Shown in pieces: positions 12,424 to 25,892 of a stretch of DNA of 64,000 nucleotides. Origin of the DNA: Heterostelium pallidum (taxonomy: Eukaryota). How positions within the stretch are numbered: the first letter of the stretch is position 1; the number at the start of each line of letters is the position of its first letter. The notes under the pieces are model-generated. The model was not told the DNA's origin, made no database searches, and saw only the letters and a program-made list of their open reading frames with translations. The stretch lies in assembly GCF_000004825.1 (NCBI RefSeq), contig NW_008805103.1:119941-183940 (forward strand), in the 5' to 3' direction. Position numbers and translations under genes: made by a program.

Positions 12424-12731
12424 ACCAATCATTCAATTAAATTGAGTATAATCAAATCATAGATATTCAAAAATAGAATTTCAATTTGATATTAAATAAT
12501 ATATATTATAATGATAATTAAAAAATAATAAAAATGATATTTAATTATTTTTTGGGTGTGTGTGTGGTTGGAATGAAACAAATAATGGAGAAATTTCTAT
12601 CTATAAATAAAGACATAATAACACAATCGCAAATTGAAGCAATGAAATTAAAAAAAAAGGATATTTATTAATAATATAAATATGTATTGATTATTATTAT
12701 TATTATTATTTTTATTTAATAAACAATTCAG

Positions 12732-14144
12732 ATGATATCTTCATACTCTATCTTCATTGCTTTTTTTTTAATACTTTTAGTCAATCAGAATAAAATAAAA
12801 TTAGTAAATGCTCAATGTATATATTGTTTGAAAATAGGTGATCAATGTGATCTCGGTAGTTCCTCTAGAGATCTTCCAATGGGTTCTGTTCAGTTGGCAT
12901 GTCCATCAAACGCAAGGTAATCAATAAAAAAGTATAGTTGATTATTTATATTTCTAAATACCTACGAAACAATATCAATTTTTAGATGCTATCAAGATCC
13001 AACACTACTTAAACCACCAACTTGTGTTAGAGCACTTAATGAAGGTGATCAATGTACTGGTAACGTTTGTGGACAATTCTTAAAGTGCTTCAATGGTACA
13101 TGCAAATCATATGGTTATAAAGGGTAAGAGCTTGTTAAGAATATCTTTTAGCTTTTCTTTTATTCTTTTTAAAATTGTTAACGAATGAATATTAATAATC
13201 ATTTTCTTCAAGGATTGGAGAGAGTTGTCAAGGTAATTTTGAATGTATGTCTAGTCAGTTGGTTTGTGGTGGTAAAGGTACATGTATCAATCCGAGATAC
13301 CCAATTTGCGATACAACTACTGGTTGTTTGAATGGCGAGCGTTGTGTAGATGGTCTGTGTAAAAAGGTTGTCGATAATTGGCAACCTTGTAACGCCTCTA
13401 CACAATGTAGATATCTCAGTGTTTGTCAAACACCTCGAAATCTCTTACCAACCTCTGAATTCGATATCTACCAAACTCAAAAAGTATGCCTGCCACCGTT
13501 CAGCCTGGAGGAAGGTGATCCATGTGACGTAACCGAAGCATCCGGTTGTAATATAGATAATGATTTAACTGTAACTATTATCATTACCTTAACTTATACA
13601 AGTGAAGTAATATTAACCAATCGATCGATCGTCAATAACAAAGTGTTATAATATGAGATGTGCAAAGACACATCATGGAGAATCAAAGAATTGTAATAAC
13701 GCCAGGAGTCCAATGGACAAGTGTACTGTGAACAATGTTTGTAGGTGTATGCAAAAGTTGGTGATTTCTGATGAACCAAACTATGGGTTGTGTAGACAGT
13801 TGCTACCGAATGCCACTTCGATACCTGCCATTGCATTAGCATTTCAGGACTGTTTCTACTCGAGTGGATGTCCGAGTGCATTTCCACCGAAAAACAAATC
13901 GTGTGTCACCCAGAAGTGTGGAGTTTCTACCGTTCACTATCTGATAAGCTCGAGTAATCCACCTTGTGGTCCGGATAACCATACTCCCATCGATCAAACA
14001 ACAACAACTCCCACAGAGACAGCACCACTACTCACTTTTACACCCATCCCAAATATTACCATACCCAATGATTCCGCATCGATCGATCAACCGATTATCA
14101 TCTATCGACTTGCTCTAATAATTATCATTGCACTGTTAACATGA
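12732..14144 (+). CDS. Secreted Cys-rich (EGF-like) protein with N-terminal signal peptide and C-terminal hydrophobic GPI-anchor-like tail; proposed exons 12732..12916, 12986..13123, 13213..13528, 13644..14144
   Basis: Signal peptide MISSYSIFIAFFLILLV. There are many spaced Cys (CxxGxxCxxGxC patterns) and a Thr-rich stalk. The C-terminus is IIIYRLALIIIIALLT. The first two introns are clear (GTAATC...TTTTAG and GTAAGA...TCAAG). The last intron (13529–13643) is inferred from frame and Cys content and is less certain. Confidence 0.5.
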
Positions 14145-14167
14145 TCACCTAATAAGTTAACATTGCT

Positions 14168-14526
14168 TTATTTATTGTTGCCGTTGTTGTTGTTGTTTTC
14201 ACAGATTTTTCTATTCGGTAGATCTTCAATTACAAGTTCTCTTTGTTCTGGAGTCATCATTCCCCAACCACCAATCTCTTTTCTTGTTCTTGAGCATCCC
14301 CAACACAAATCTGTAGTTGCATCCATCTTACATATATCGATGCATGGCGTTCTAATACCATTTCTAATTATAATAAGTTAATATTGCAAAATATCTGCTA
14401 TATATATATATATATATATTTATCAACAATAATCATATTTATTAATAAATATATATGTATTGATATTTACCTTTCTCTAATATGTACTTTTGAAATATCA
14501 ATTACTTCACCTTTTTTATTTTGCAT
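14168..14526 (-). CDS. Small DUF1289 / Oxidored-like Cys-cluster protein (~83 aa), 2 exons: 14526..14471, 14361..14168; absent from the ORF track
   Basis: The spliced translation is MQNKKGEVIDISKVHIRE|RNGIRTPCIDICKMDATTDLCWGCSRTRKEIGGWGMMTPEQRELVIEDLPNRKICENNNNNGNNK. The motif C..C....C.GC.RT..EI..W..M...E...V..L..R matches the DUF1289/Oxidored-like signature. The intron is GTAAAT...ATTAG. Confidence 0.6.
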
Positions 14527-15486
14527 TATTATACTTATTGGTTGTTTCTTTGATGTTGTATTTGTAGAGTAATATCTAACTCTACCTGTGAATAATGTGT
14601 CTAATAACTTTATCTTTAAATATTTATTTATAACATTCATATGAAATCAAACAAAAAAACAGTTTTATTAAAATTTGTTAAATCTTTACGTTTTTTTTTT
14701 TTTTTTGTGCGCCTCCATTGCTTAAGCTAGAGATCATCATTTGACTTTCTCTTCTTGGTGACAATATCACAACTTTAATTTTTTGTTTTAAATGTTAGAT
14801 GGTTTAAGTTAAAAAAAAAAAAGTTCTACTGGACCAACTACTGTTGTATCAGTCAAAGAAACTAAAACTTGTCAATATACAATCACAATAAACAGTACAT
14901 TTGCAACTCTATACTCTATCTCTTTTAGCAGATGTAGATTGGTTTTGGTCGTTGTATTTGTGTTTGTTTCTTTACATTATTTTTCACTCAAAACAAGTGC
15001 TGTACGATCTAGAAAGATCGTACTTTAGGTGAAATGGGTCGATACTCTAAAGAAACTATAGAAAGCGATGTTACTAATTCACTACAATAAACGCTATGAA
15101 ATAAATCAACCATAACAAAAATATCAGCATTAGTACTTAACATACAACATAGAATCACTACCTCATTTGATTTATGTACCAAAGTAAAGAAAGTTGTGAT
15201 CTTCCTTGGTTGCCACCAATCTGTTTCTTTATTATATTTAGTGACACTAGATGATCAACAAACAACAATCACAATTCAATAAGGTGAAGTTTATAGTTTA
15301 CAATCATTCTTTTCAAAGAGAGTATACCATCGTTCGTTCGGCTTGGATATTTAAAATCAGCACAACAACTAGAAAGCAATAGGTTGACAATCACATCCAA
15401 AGATTATTCCAAATCATATTTTTGGTAAACAATAAAAAACTTGAAAATAATTTTAAATTTTATTTTTAAAAAGTTTAGATTTTGTT

Positions 15487-17542
15487 TTAATAACCTATTG
15501 CAATACCATCGGATCTGTTATCTGATCCAGCAATTAAAACTGTTTGATTCTGATTGTTTTTTTTGACAACAATTATCTGACCCCAGCCAAAGTGAATTCT
15601 TGCTTCTAAGATCGATCCTATATTATGACCTCTCTCTTTCATAGATTTAAATGTATTTTCAAAATCCGATTCATAATCAATCAAGCCATATCTTGGAGAA
15701 TTTTCAATTCTGAATCTTGGGAAATTTAAAATAGTTTGTGGATCCATCTTATGATCAATTAGATTAACAATTGCTTGTACATTGGCAACAGGTTGAATTA
15801 TACCTCCAATTATTCCTATCGATGCATAGAATTCACCGTCTTTATCGAGAATCATTGTTGGCATCACAGTGTGATAAGGACGTTTTCCAGGTTGTAAACA
15901 ATTTGGATGGTTCCGATCCAAATTGAACCAACAACCTCTATTTTGAAGAGCAAATCCACATCCTTTTGGAATAATACCACTACCAAATTCCTTAATAAAA
16001 GTAAGTTTTGTATTTAATTCAATATTTTTACAATTATTAATAGTATTTTACTTACCATGAATATAGAGTTAAATAAACAACAAACATTTCCATCTTTATC
16101 AACGACTGATGCACAAACAGTGTTGCTGCTGTTGAGAGGGTATCCATTTTGAATGTTATCATTTGCTTTGTATTCATTGATTAATGATCTTCTTGAAGCA
16201 GCATAGTCTTTCGAAAGTAATTCATCAATTGGAATTGTTGCAAATTCAGGATCCGATACAAAAGAAAATGCATCTGCATAGCTTAATCTCATTGATTCAA
16301 TCAAAAGATGAGTATGTTGATCCGATATTGGTTCATATTTATTCATTTCAAATCCTTCTAAAATCTAAATTGTTGAATTAATATAATTGTGTCTAAATTA
16401 TATGATTATATTAAAACATACATTCAGTGCCATGAGGGAGGTTATACCTTGACTAGTTGGTGGTAATTCATAGATTTGATATCCACGATAGTTTATAGAG
16501 ATTGGTTTATCATATGTTGATTTATGACTCTCAAGATCAGCGTGTGTCATTAATCCACCATGATCTTGAATGGCTTTAATGATTGAATCAGCAACTTCTC
16601 CTTTATAGAATCCATCTTTTCCATGTTTTGCAATTAACTTTAGACAATTTGATAATGGAACATTCGTCAGAGTATCACCAATCTCTGGTTTTTTACCATC
16701 ACACAATAATTCATTTGCATTATCTGGTTTTAATCTAGATGAACTATACATATTTCTCTTCTATTAGCAAATATTTATTTTCTATTTTTTTTGTTTTTTT
16801 TAGTATAATAATACTTACTATTTCCAATTGTAAGAAGTTTTAACTTGTATTGGAACACCTTGTTCACAATAATCGATTGTAGGCTGAAATATTTGAGATA
16901 ATGTTAGATCTCCACTCCCATATTGCTTGATTGTGTCACACCATGCAGCGGCAGCACCAGGCACTGTAACAGCATGAACACTCTTTGTATGAAATTGATC
17001 ACCGAATTTATCTTTACTTTCCAAACTATCAATGGTAAGATTCATTGGTGATCTTCCACTATTGTTTTTAATAAATTAATATTATTTGTAAATATAAAAA
17101 AATCTATTTTTATTTTTATTCTTCTTCCTACTTACATTCCATTGATTGAAGATATCTCTTTTGTTTTGTTATTCCAAAACATTACGACACAATCACCTCC
17201 CAAACCTGTTGAACTAGTTTAAATAAAATAAATAATCAATTAAATATATATTTTTCACTTCTTTAGACTTACAATGGTTCAGTTAAACTCAAAGTTGCAG
17301 CCATTGCAATAGCAGCGTCAGCAGCATTTCCACCTGATTTAAGAATATCAATTCCAACTTGTGATGCCAATGGTTGACTTGTTGCACATATTCCTAATTT
17401 AAAAAAGTAAAGTAGATGATTAAAAATAATTTGTAAATTAATTTAATTAAATAAATTTAGTAATTATAGAAAGAGAAGAATAAGAATTACCATTTATCGC
17501 TACAATTGGTGATCTTTGATCATAGTCTCTAAGAATATTCAT
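15487..17542 (-). CDS. Gamma-glutamyltranspeptidase (GGT, Ntn-hydrolase family), copy 1; at least 7 exons
   Basis: Exon ORFs at 16818–17045, 16398–16751, 16014–16346 and 15487–15921 carry GGT-family segments ([52 protein letters not shown]). The ATG is at 17542 ([18 protein letters not shown] followed by GTAATT). Confidence 0.8.
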
Positions 17543-18510
17543 TTTCGTTAACAAAATAAAATAAAAAGAATAATGTGTAACTTTCTAATGCCATTTTTTA
17601 AAACATACAAATATGTTAACTTAAAAATTAATTAATAGTTTAATTCCATGGAAGAACAGAAGAAAATTAAAAAAAATTGAGTGGTTGACCTAAATTTTAA
17701 TATTTTTCCACCTGTCATTTAAATGGAATTCAACAATTAATATTTACTAGCAAACATTAACAATTGTTATAAACTATCTGATTGTTTTTAAACACATAAC
17801 AACAAACTGTTCGTAATTGTTAAAAAAATACTAAATGTGAATTGAAATAACACAAATCTGTTGTTTTTAACATGTTACCCACTTAAAATAAAATGTTCTT
17901 AGAAATAAAATAAATTAGTAGTTGAACATTCAAAAAAATAGATGATAAATGTTACTTTATTATTATTATTATTTTTTAAAAAGAAATAATTTAATTAGGT
18001 GTTTAAAGTTATAGATTATCTAATTTTTTTGATTTTACAAACTAAATATAGATTGTCAGATAGAGATCAAAAGATAAGAGTATAACTAAAACAATATCGT
18101 GGTACCTCAAGAAGATTAAAAAGTGTATTAATTGATCTGTAGTGACAAAATTTATGATTAAATACGTTTTCTTAGAAGAGAAAAGAGTAAGATATTTACG
18201 AATATTGCAACCCCAATTGGTTTAGAGAGACAGCAAGCTGAGATCAACCAAATAAAAATATAAGTTAAAAAGAACATATACTTAAACAACAAAGAGTGAT
18301 CTATACTGAATTGGAATATGTTGTCATCAGAGTTTGGTAGAGGTGATTTAACAGATTTTTCTATAAATAAATTTATTAACAACAAATATTGTTTTAGATG
18401 TTAAAGACAATTGTCTAATTAAAGATATGAGTTAAATTAAAAAAATTAAAAATGGATACATATTGAAAAACAAAGATTATAAATTATCCTGATGTTGAAA
18501 CAATTTTTAT

Positions 18511-20563
18511 TTAGTAACCTATTACAATCCCATCAGATCTGTTATCTGATCCAGCAATTAAAACTGTTTGATTCTGATTGTTTTTCTTTGCCACAAATAT
18601 CTGACCCAAGCCAAAGGTATATCTTGTTTCTACGTTTTTATCTCCTACATTCTGACCTCTTTCTTTCATAGATTTAAATGTATTTTCTAAAGCTGGTTCA
18701 TAAATAATAACACCGTTTTTTTCAATTCTGAATCTTGGGAAATTTAAAACAGTTTGTGGATCCATCTTATGATCTATTAAATTGACGATTGCTTGAACAT
18801 TGGCAACAGGTTGGACCACACCTCCGATTATTCCTATCGATGCATAAAAATTCACCGTCTTTATCGAGAATCATTGTTGGCATCACAGTGTGATAAGGAC
18901 GTTTTCCAGGTTGTAAACAATTTGGATGGTTCCGATCCAGATTGAACCAGCAACCTCTATTTTGAAGAGCAAATCCACATCCTTTTGGAATAATACCACT
19001 ACCAAATTCCTTAATTAAAAGTTAGTTTCTTCTTTGTTTGAATAACATACTAATTATTACATACACTAAATACAGAGTTGAATAAACAGCATACATTTCC
19101 ATCTTTATCAACGACTGATGCACAAACAGTGTTGCTGCTGTTGAGAGGGTATCCATTTTGAATGTTATCATTTGCTTTGTATTCATTGATTAATGATCTT
19201 CTTGAAGCAGCATAGTCTTTCGAAAGTAATTCATCAATTGGAATTGTTGAGAATTCAGTATCCGATACAAAAGAAAATGCATCTGCAAAACTTAATCTCA
19301 TTGATTCAATTAAAAGATGAGTATATTGATCCGATATTGGTTCATATTTATTCATTTCAAATCCTTCTAAAATCTAAATTGTTGAATTAATATAATTGTG
19401 TCTAAATTATATGATTATATTAAAACATACATTCAGTGCCATGAGGGAGGTTATGCCTTGACTAGTTGGTGGTAATTCATAGATTTGATATCCACGATAG
19501 TTTATAGAGATTGGTTTATCATATGTTGATTTATGACTCTCAAGATCAGCGTGTGTCATTAATCCACCATGATCTTGAATGGCTTTAATGATTGAATCAG
19601 CAACTTCTCCTTTATAGAATCCATCTTTTCCATGTTTTGCAATTAACTTTAGACAATTTGATAATGGAACATTCGTCAGAGTATCACCAATCTCTGGTTT
19701 TTTACCATCACACAATAATTCATTTGCATTATCTGGTTTTAATCTAGATGAACTATATTTATATTTCTTTTTTATTAGCAAAATGTATAAACTATCATTT
19801 TTTGTTTGTAATTACTTAAAATTTTGGTAATACTTACAATCTCCACAAGAAAGATGTTTTAACTTGTATTGGAACACCTTGTTCACAATAATCGATTGTA
19901 GGTTGAAATATTTGAGATAATTTCAAATTTCCACTGCCATATTGCTTGATTGTGTCACACCATGCAGCGGCAGCACCAGGCACTGTAACAGCATGAACAC
20001 TCCTCGTATGAAATTGATCACCGCATCTATCTTTACTTTCCAAACTATCAAGAGTTAGATTCATTGGTGATCTTCCACTAGAGTTGGTTTTTATGAATAT
20101 TTTTATAATTTGTAAAGAATTACCCATATACTTTTGAAAAGAATTCACTAATTTCTACTTACATTCCATTGATTGAAGATATCTCTTTTGTTTTGTTATT
20201 CCAAAACATTACGACACAATCACCTCCCAAACCTGTTGAACTTGTTTTATTTAAATAAAGTTCAATAAGCAATCGATCAACCGATTTATATTCTTATACA
20301 CTATATTGTCTTCAAAGATACTTACTATGGTTCAGTTAAACTCAAAGTTGCAGCCATTGCAATAGCAGCGTCAGCAGCATTTCCACCTGATTTAAGAATA
20401 TCAATTCCTACTTGTGATGCCAATGGTTGACTTGTTGCACATATTCCTAAATCAAAGAAAAATATCATAATTAGTAAATTAATAAGCTTGAATTAGAAGA
20501 ATAAGAATTACCATTTATCGCTACAATTGGTGATCTTTGATCATAGTCTCTAAGAATATTCAT
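18511..20563 (-). pseudogene. Gamma-glutamyltranspeptidase paralog, copy 2 (tandem duplicate ~3 kb from copy 1); last exon carries a +1 frameshift in an A-run and a diverged C-terminal segment; possible pseudogene or sequence error
   Basis: This copy is exon-for-exon similar to copy 1 (ORFs 19834–20148, 19407–19781, 19050–19355). At about 18846–18850 copy 2 reads gatgcataaaaattcacc where copy 1 reads gatgcatagaattcacc. The reading frame jumps from ...DKDGEF to [11 protein letters not shown]. Confidence 0.55.
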
Positions 20564-21195
20564 TTTCGTTAACAAAATAAAATAAAAAGAATAATATGTT
20601 ACTTTCTGATGCCATTTTATAGTAAATGTTTAATTAATGAACAAATAAAAAAAAGTAAAATAATGAATTTGAACAAATGACATAAAAAATTCATTATCTA
20701 TTCATATATATTCGTTCGTAATAAATGATTAATTAGACATCTATCTACATAAAATATCAAGTTGTTGTTTATTGGAATAATAGGGTTATAGTTATAAAAA
20801 TATTATCTAACAGCTAATAACTATAGTCATATCAGTCAATGAGATCATTCGGTAAGAATATACCTAAAACAATAACAGGTTATAATGAAAATAAGATTCA
20901 ATAATGTACTTGTGGTTATTTAGAGTGGAAAGTGCATTCAAAGTGTACAAAAAAGGTAGCACTTCCTGATTTAGATAAGTAATTAAGAATAGTAATATTT
21001 AAATATATAATTCAATATCTTTTCAGTCGGTTCAAAACAATTCAATATGTTGCACGGATATAAATATTTGAAGTTCAAATAAACGTATTTAAATAGTTAA
21101 GTTAACAAGAAAATTTTACTTTACTAATAACCTTTAAAACATCTATTGTTGATTTTAGTTTAGTTTTGGTAAAAATATGTATGTATTGCAATTAT

Positions 21196-21380
21196 AAGGA
21201 AAAAAAAAAGATGATTCTATTTAAATAATTAGAAATTAAATTTATAGAATAAACATACAATTTTAATTGGTATTTGTTTTTTGTTTTAATACTTTCTGAT
21301 TGCAGTGGCGAATGCAACAATAAATGATACAATAGAAACTACACCAATTACTGTAGCGGTAATAATGAATGCAGCTGTGT
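21196..21380 (-). pseudogene. Relic fragment of a third beta-helix-protein gene copy (3' UTR plus last ~30 codons including TM helix), truncated
   Basis: 21196–21380 aligns with 21506–21690 and 25800–25985, the 3' ends of copies A and B. Similarity is lost at gtgagtacaaag (21381). Confidence 0.55.
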
Positions 21381-21589
21381 GGTGAGTACAAAGCTAAAGA
21401 AAAAAACTGTGCCTCATAATTTCTTTAAATCTTTCTCTATTCGATATATTAAACATTTATTTATTCATAGATTAAATAGATAAAGTTAAGAATAGTGAAT
21501 ATAACAAGGAAATAAAAAGATGATTCTATTTAAATAATTAGAAATTAAATAAAGAGAATAAATTTACAATTTTAATTAGTTTTTGATTT

Positions 21590-23420
21590 TTAATCGTATC
21601 TGATTCCATTAGCGATGGCAATAATAAATGATACAATAGAAACTACACCAATTACTGAGGCAGTAATAATGAATGCAGTTGTATGGTGACGATCATTATG
21701 ATTGTCATCACTGCTGTAGTTTGGAGCTGGATAATAGTCGATTGACATGCAAGTTGTTGATCCACTATTTTGTTCGATAGTTTGGTAGCTGGAATCACAT
21801 TCATAACCATTATAATCATAATAGTTGGCCATATCCAAGACATATTTTGGGAATCCTGGGTATTGCGAATATGAACTGTTATTTATAAAGTTAAAATTAA
21901 TAATTAATAATTATTTGTTTACAAATTATTATTACTTACTATGGGTTTGAAGATGTTGAATTGATAAAGGTACCACCAACTAAAGTGAGTCTTTGTTTGT
22001 AGAAATAGATATCAGCTGCACCATATGCAACATTGTTTTGGAAAATCGATCCAGTTAGGTAATGATATCCTTGAGTTGAAAGATACTAAAAGATTGTTTA
22101 TGTTTGTTTAATTAGTATTTTTAAATTTCAATCCTATTTAAAAATAAATCGATATTTACCAATGTGCCAGTATCTGAGGCAACGTTGTTTGTAAAGTTAT
22201 TGTTGGTGAAAAAATAGCTGTAGTATGAGTAAGAGTTTGAAGTAGAATACTTTAAAAAAAGAAGTCAAAAATGTTAATAAGTTTAAAAGATTCTGTTTTT
22301 TTTTGTTATCTAACTTACAATAGCAGATCCATATTGACCGATATTGTTATCAAAAACATTGGAATCAAAGTTAATAGAATAAGAATTAACATTAAAACAA
22401 CTTCCATATTTAGCAATGTTGTTTGTGAATTTGCTTGATTGGACAATAACTGAGCCACCACTAGCAGATGCATAGATGAAATTTGATTCAGCTATGTTTC
22501 CATCAAAGAGAGAGTTGTAGATATTGAAATTGGTTCCACTAAAACTGATACCATAATTACCAGTAGAACTATTTGAATAGGTAATGGTTGAGTTATTAAT
22601 TGATAGACTGGTGGAATAGATTTTCATTACGGAAGCTTTATAATGGAGTGAGATTGAATAAAAAATTAATAATTACAATTCAATAGGTTTAACTTATTAA
22701 ATTAAATAATACCTACCGGAAGAGTAATATCCAGTTGATTTGGAGTTGGTAATGGTACAACCGTTCATTACTAAATTGATAGAATTAAGGGTGATTGAAC
22801 CGGCTTCATATGCTCCATATTTTGGAATTGAATGAGCATTGTTGATCAGAACATTGTTCAAAGTTAATAGGTTGTTATTTGGGTATGAATAGGATGTCGT
22901 TTGAATATAAATTAAACTTCCACGATTCTCAGCGGTTTCAGTGGCTTCAATGACAATATTTGAAATATTAATTGTGAAAACGAATGAAGTTTGCAATCTC
23001 AAGAATGATGTTCGACCCTAAAATAATAGATCATAGAAAAAAAATCAATATTTTTTTTAATACATTTTTCGTTAAGAGAATAAATAATTATTTGATTTTA
23101 AATATTTTTAAACTTACTGGACAGAAAAATGTTGGAGTTGATGATTGACCTTCTGGCTGAATATCGATATGTAAATTGAAATTAAGTGTATGAGTTTCAG
23201 TTTGATTGCAATAGTAATCACCATCTGGGACAGTAATGACGATATTGGCATAATATTTCGCATACTCTTGGATACAATCGACAATCGATGGACAAGCACC
23301 GTTTTGACATTGTGTTAAACTGCTTGATAATGAACAAGTTGTTGTACTTGCGGGGTTTCTTGCACTCGATAGTACTACTACCAACGCTAAGATTGATAGA
23401 ATCAATCTAATATTAAACAT
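21590..23420 (-). CDS. Secreted/membrane parallel beta-helix repeat protein, copy A (signal peptide, Asn/Ser-rich beta-helix repeats, C-terminal TM helix); about 6 exons
   Basis: Exon ORFs at 23088–23420 (MFNIRLILSILALVVVLSSA signal peptide), 22697–23002, 22310–22627 (repeats NNIAKYGSCF, DGNIAESNFIYASASGGSVIV) and 21590–21838 (AFIITASVIGVVSIVSFIIAIA TM). Introns begin GTAAGT. Confidence 0.65.
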
Positions 23421-24383
23421 TGCTATTATTATTTATTTATTTATTTTATCTTTTAAATTCGGAGTTTCTTTAATTAAATATTATTGATGGACCAACAAAA
23501 TTAATATTTGCTTTTTTGATCAAAAAAAAACAAAACACGTAGTCAAATTTAATTTTTATTTAATTTTTTAAACTATCTTTAAGATCGAGGAATTGTAATC
23601 TTAAATTTTTTTGGCTCACACCAGGTTTTTTTTGTTGCAATAAATCAATTTAATGATTCTAGAACATTTTGATCAATATTAGAACTAAACTTTAAAAAAT
23701 TTTGCTTGAGTGATCTGTATGGAATTCTGTAAAGTCTACATGTAATTGTAAGATGTAATTGTTAAATAAAAAGATGATTCTAAAAAGTTTTATAGATATT
23801 TGTCTCTAATGTGTGTGTGTGTTGATCAATTAAGTTATCATGATTGAACAGACAGGAATTGTGAATAAAAAAATCATGAGGGTTATTTATAGTTTATTTT
23901 TAGTTGTGGTGCTAATAATTGTAAGAGGTGTTGGTACTGTTGGTTTGATATCGGTACTCTATTGCAATGACAAGCTATAGTGATTGTAATATCCTAATCA
24001 ATGTAGATTTGGGAGGTTGCCGAGGAAATCATTGATATCTATCAGTTATGTCATAGCTGCATCAAAAAAAGTTTACTGTGGAGGCTCTCTTCTTCACGTG
24101 ATCATGCTCTCTTACAGACAGATTCAACTCGTTCTAGAGTTTTGTAGGGTGCATAGTACTAACCACCAATTCTATTGAATGCAGCTGGCTCACTCACCAT
24201 ACTTTAGTACAAGAGATGTATCAACGATTCGTTGTTCTGAGGCTAGCTCGTGGTATAACTCCAACTTTGAAACTAAAAGAAGGTTCTTTCTTTATGCTTA
24301 ATCTTACTGAACTACATTGTACAATGTACTTGGAGACTATCTCTATATTTATAAAAAGGATAGATTAGTCTACCAATTACTAA

Positions 24384-25085
24384 TTAATTAGTAATAGATC
24401 TATTGTTACTGACCTTCTTCTTTGTATTGAATACAGCTTTATCTAGATCGATCGGTCTAAGTGGGTTTCTCGCCCTTTTGATTTTATTATCCATTTGTCG
24501 TTTGCAGCCCTCACATAAGATTTCGTCTATTTTTAAAGTCATGTTCATTCCCCAACAGTGATGATTAGTTTTGAGATGCTTGGCATAGTTTGACGTAGCC
24601 ACTTTCACTTTACATCCAATATGACAACACTGCTTCAAATTTGGATCTGCATTCTCTTGTTGTTGTTGTTGTTGTTGATCGTAACGTGACTTGTTGGTTT
24701 GATGCTTTTCTTTCATGTGCCTCTTGAGTTTGGTCAATTCATCATAAGAATATGCGCAAAACTCACACCTGAATGCAACAATATCTCTATGGTATGAATT
24801 TATTATTGAAAGTAAACTACTATTACTCTTACTCTTGTTATTACTATTACTTGCACTATTACTACTTTTGCTACTACTACTACTACTACTCCTATTATTT
24901 TCATTCTCAATCACTTTAGACAATATATCTAAGTGATTTTTAACGGAAACTTGACTTTCATCTATAATTACTTCAATTTCCTCATCGCGTACCACTGCTC
25001 TACATTTGTTTCTATAAGTTTCTTTGGGAGTTTCCTTTGACTCTGATCGATTTACCTTAAACTTAAACATACAGTTTTGCATCAT
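24384..25085 (-). CDS. C2H2-type zinc-finger protein (233 aa) with Ser-rich and poly-Q tracts
   Basis: FRCEFCAYSYDELTKLKRHMKEKH has C-x2-C-x12-H-x4-H spacing. A second, atypical finger is CCHIGCKVKVATSNYAKHLKTNHH. It is a single ORF in A-rich start context. Confidence 0.55.
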   Translation of the reverse strand: MMQNCMFKFKVNRSESKETPKETYRNKCRAVVRDEEIEVIIDESQVSVKNHLDILSKVIENENNRSSSSSSSKSSNSASNSNNKSKSNSSLLSIINSYHRDIVAFRCEFCAYSYDELTKLKRHMKEKHQTNKSRYDQQQQQQQENADPNLKQCCHIGCKVKVATSNYAKHLKTNHHCWGMNMTLKIDEILCEGCKRQMDNKIKRARNPLRPIDLDKAVFNTKKKVSNNRSITN

Positions 25086-25892
25086 AGTTGTTTGTTATGT
25101 GTTTGTATTAGTACGAAAATATCCTTTTTATAATTAGTATGCTCAGGATAATAATACAACGACAAACAATTCTATGAATTTAAAAAAAAAAAAATTCCTT
25201 TTTTGTTTATGTAGATTTGTCCAAATTTAGGTTTTTGAGCTAAGTCATCATAGCTACAACAACAATACTCTTAGGTTATGTTTTTTAAATAATTGTTATT
25301 GATTTCATGATCCTAAGAGTTGAATTCGTATCTCAAATAGTAGTACTTTTTAAAAAATAAAAAAATAAGAATTTCAGTTGGATAGGTCGACATACAAAAA
25401 TTGTAGGTTCTTGTAACCATGTCAGAAAAAATTGGTAAAATTAATAAAACCTCTATAGTGTTTTTTTGAGGAAATTTTTGGTATCAATGGACTCATCTGA
25501 TGATTGTCTATTAATATATCTTTGATTTATTTATTTATATATTCATTTAAAAATTATAAGTCTGGTCATTAACTTTAAAACTAGTCGCTTTTGTTCAAAA
25601 AAAACAAATTTTGGAAAAAAACCAAATCCTTAATTAGAAATAATATTTAAATGAACAAAAAATATGAAAGGATTCTTTATTATTTTGCTTTGGTAAAGTT
25701 CAAAAATAAAATAAAATAAAGTCAAAGTTTTATCAAATTAATCTTGATACTATAAAAAATTAAGTTTAGTTAGGTGGATATACGTATTATATAACGATCG
25801 TAAGGAATAAAAAAGATGATTCTATTTAAATAATTAGAAATTAAATAAAGAGAATAAATACAATTTTAATTAGTTTTTTGTTTTTGATTTTT

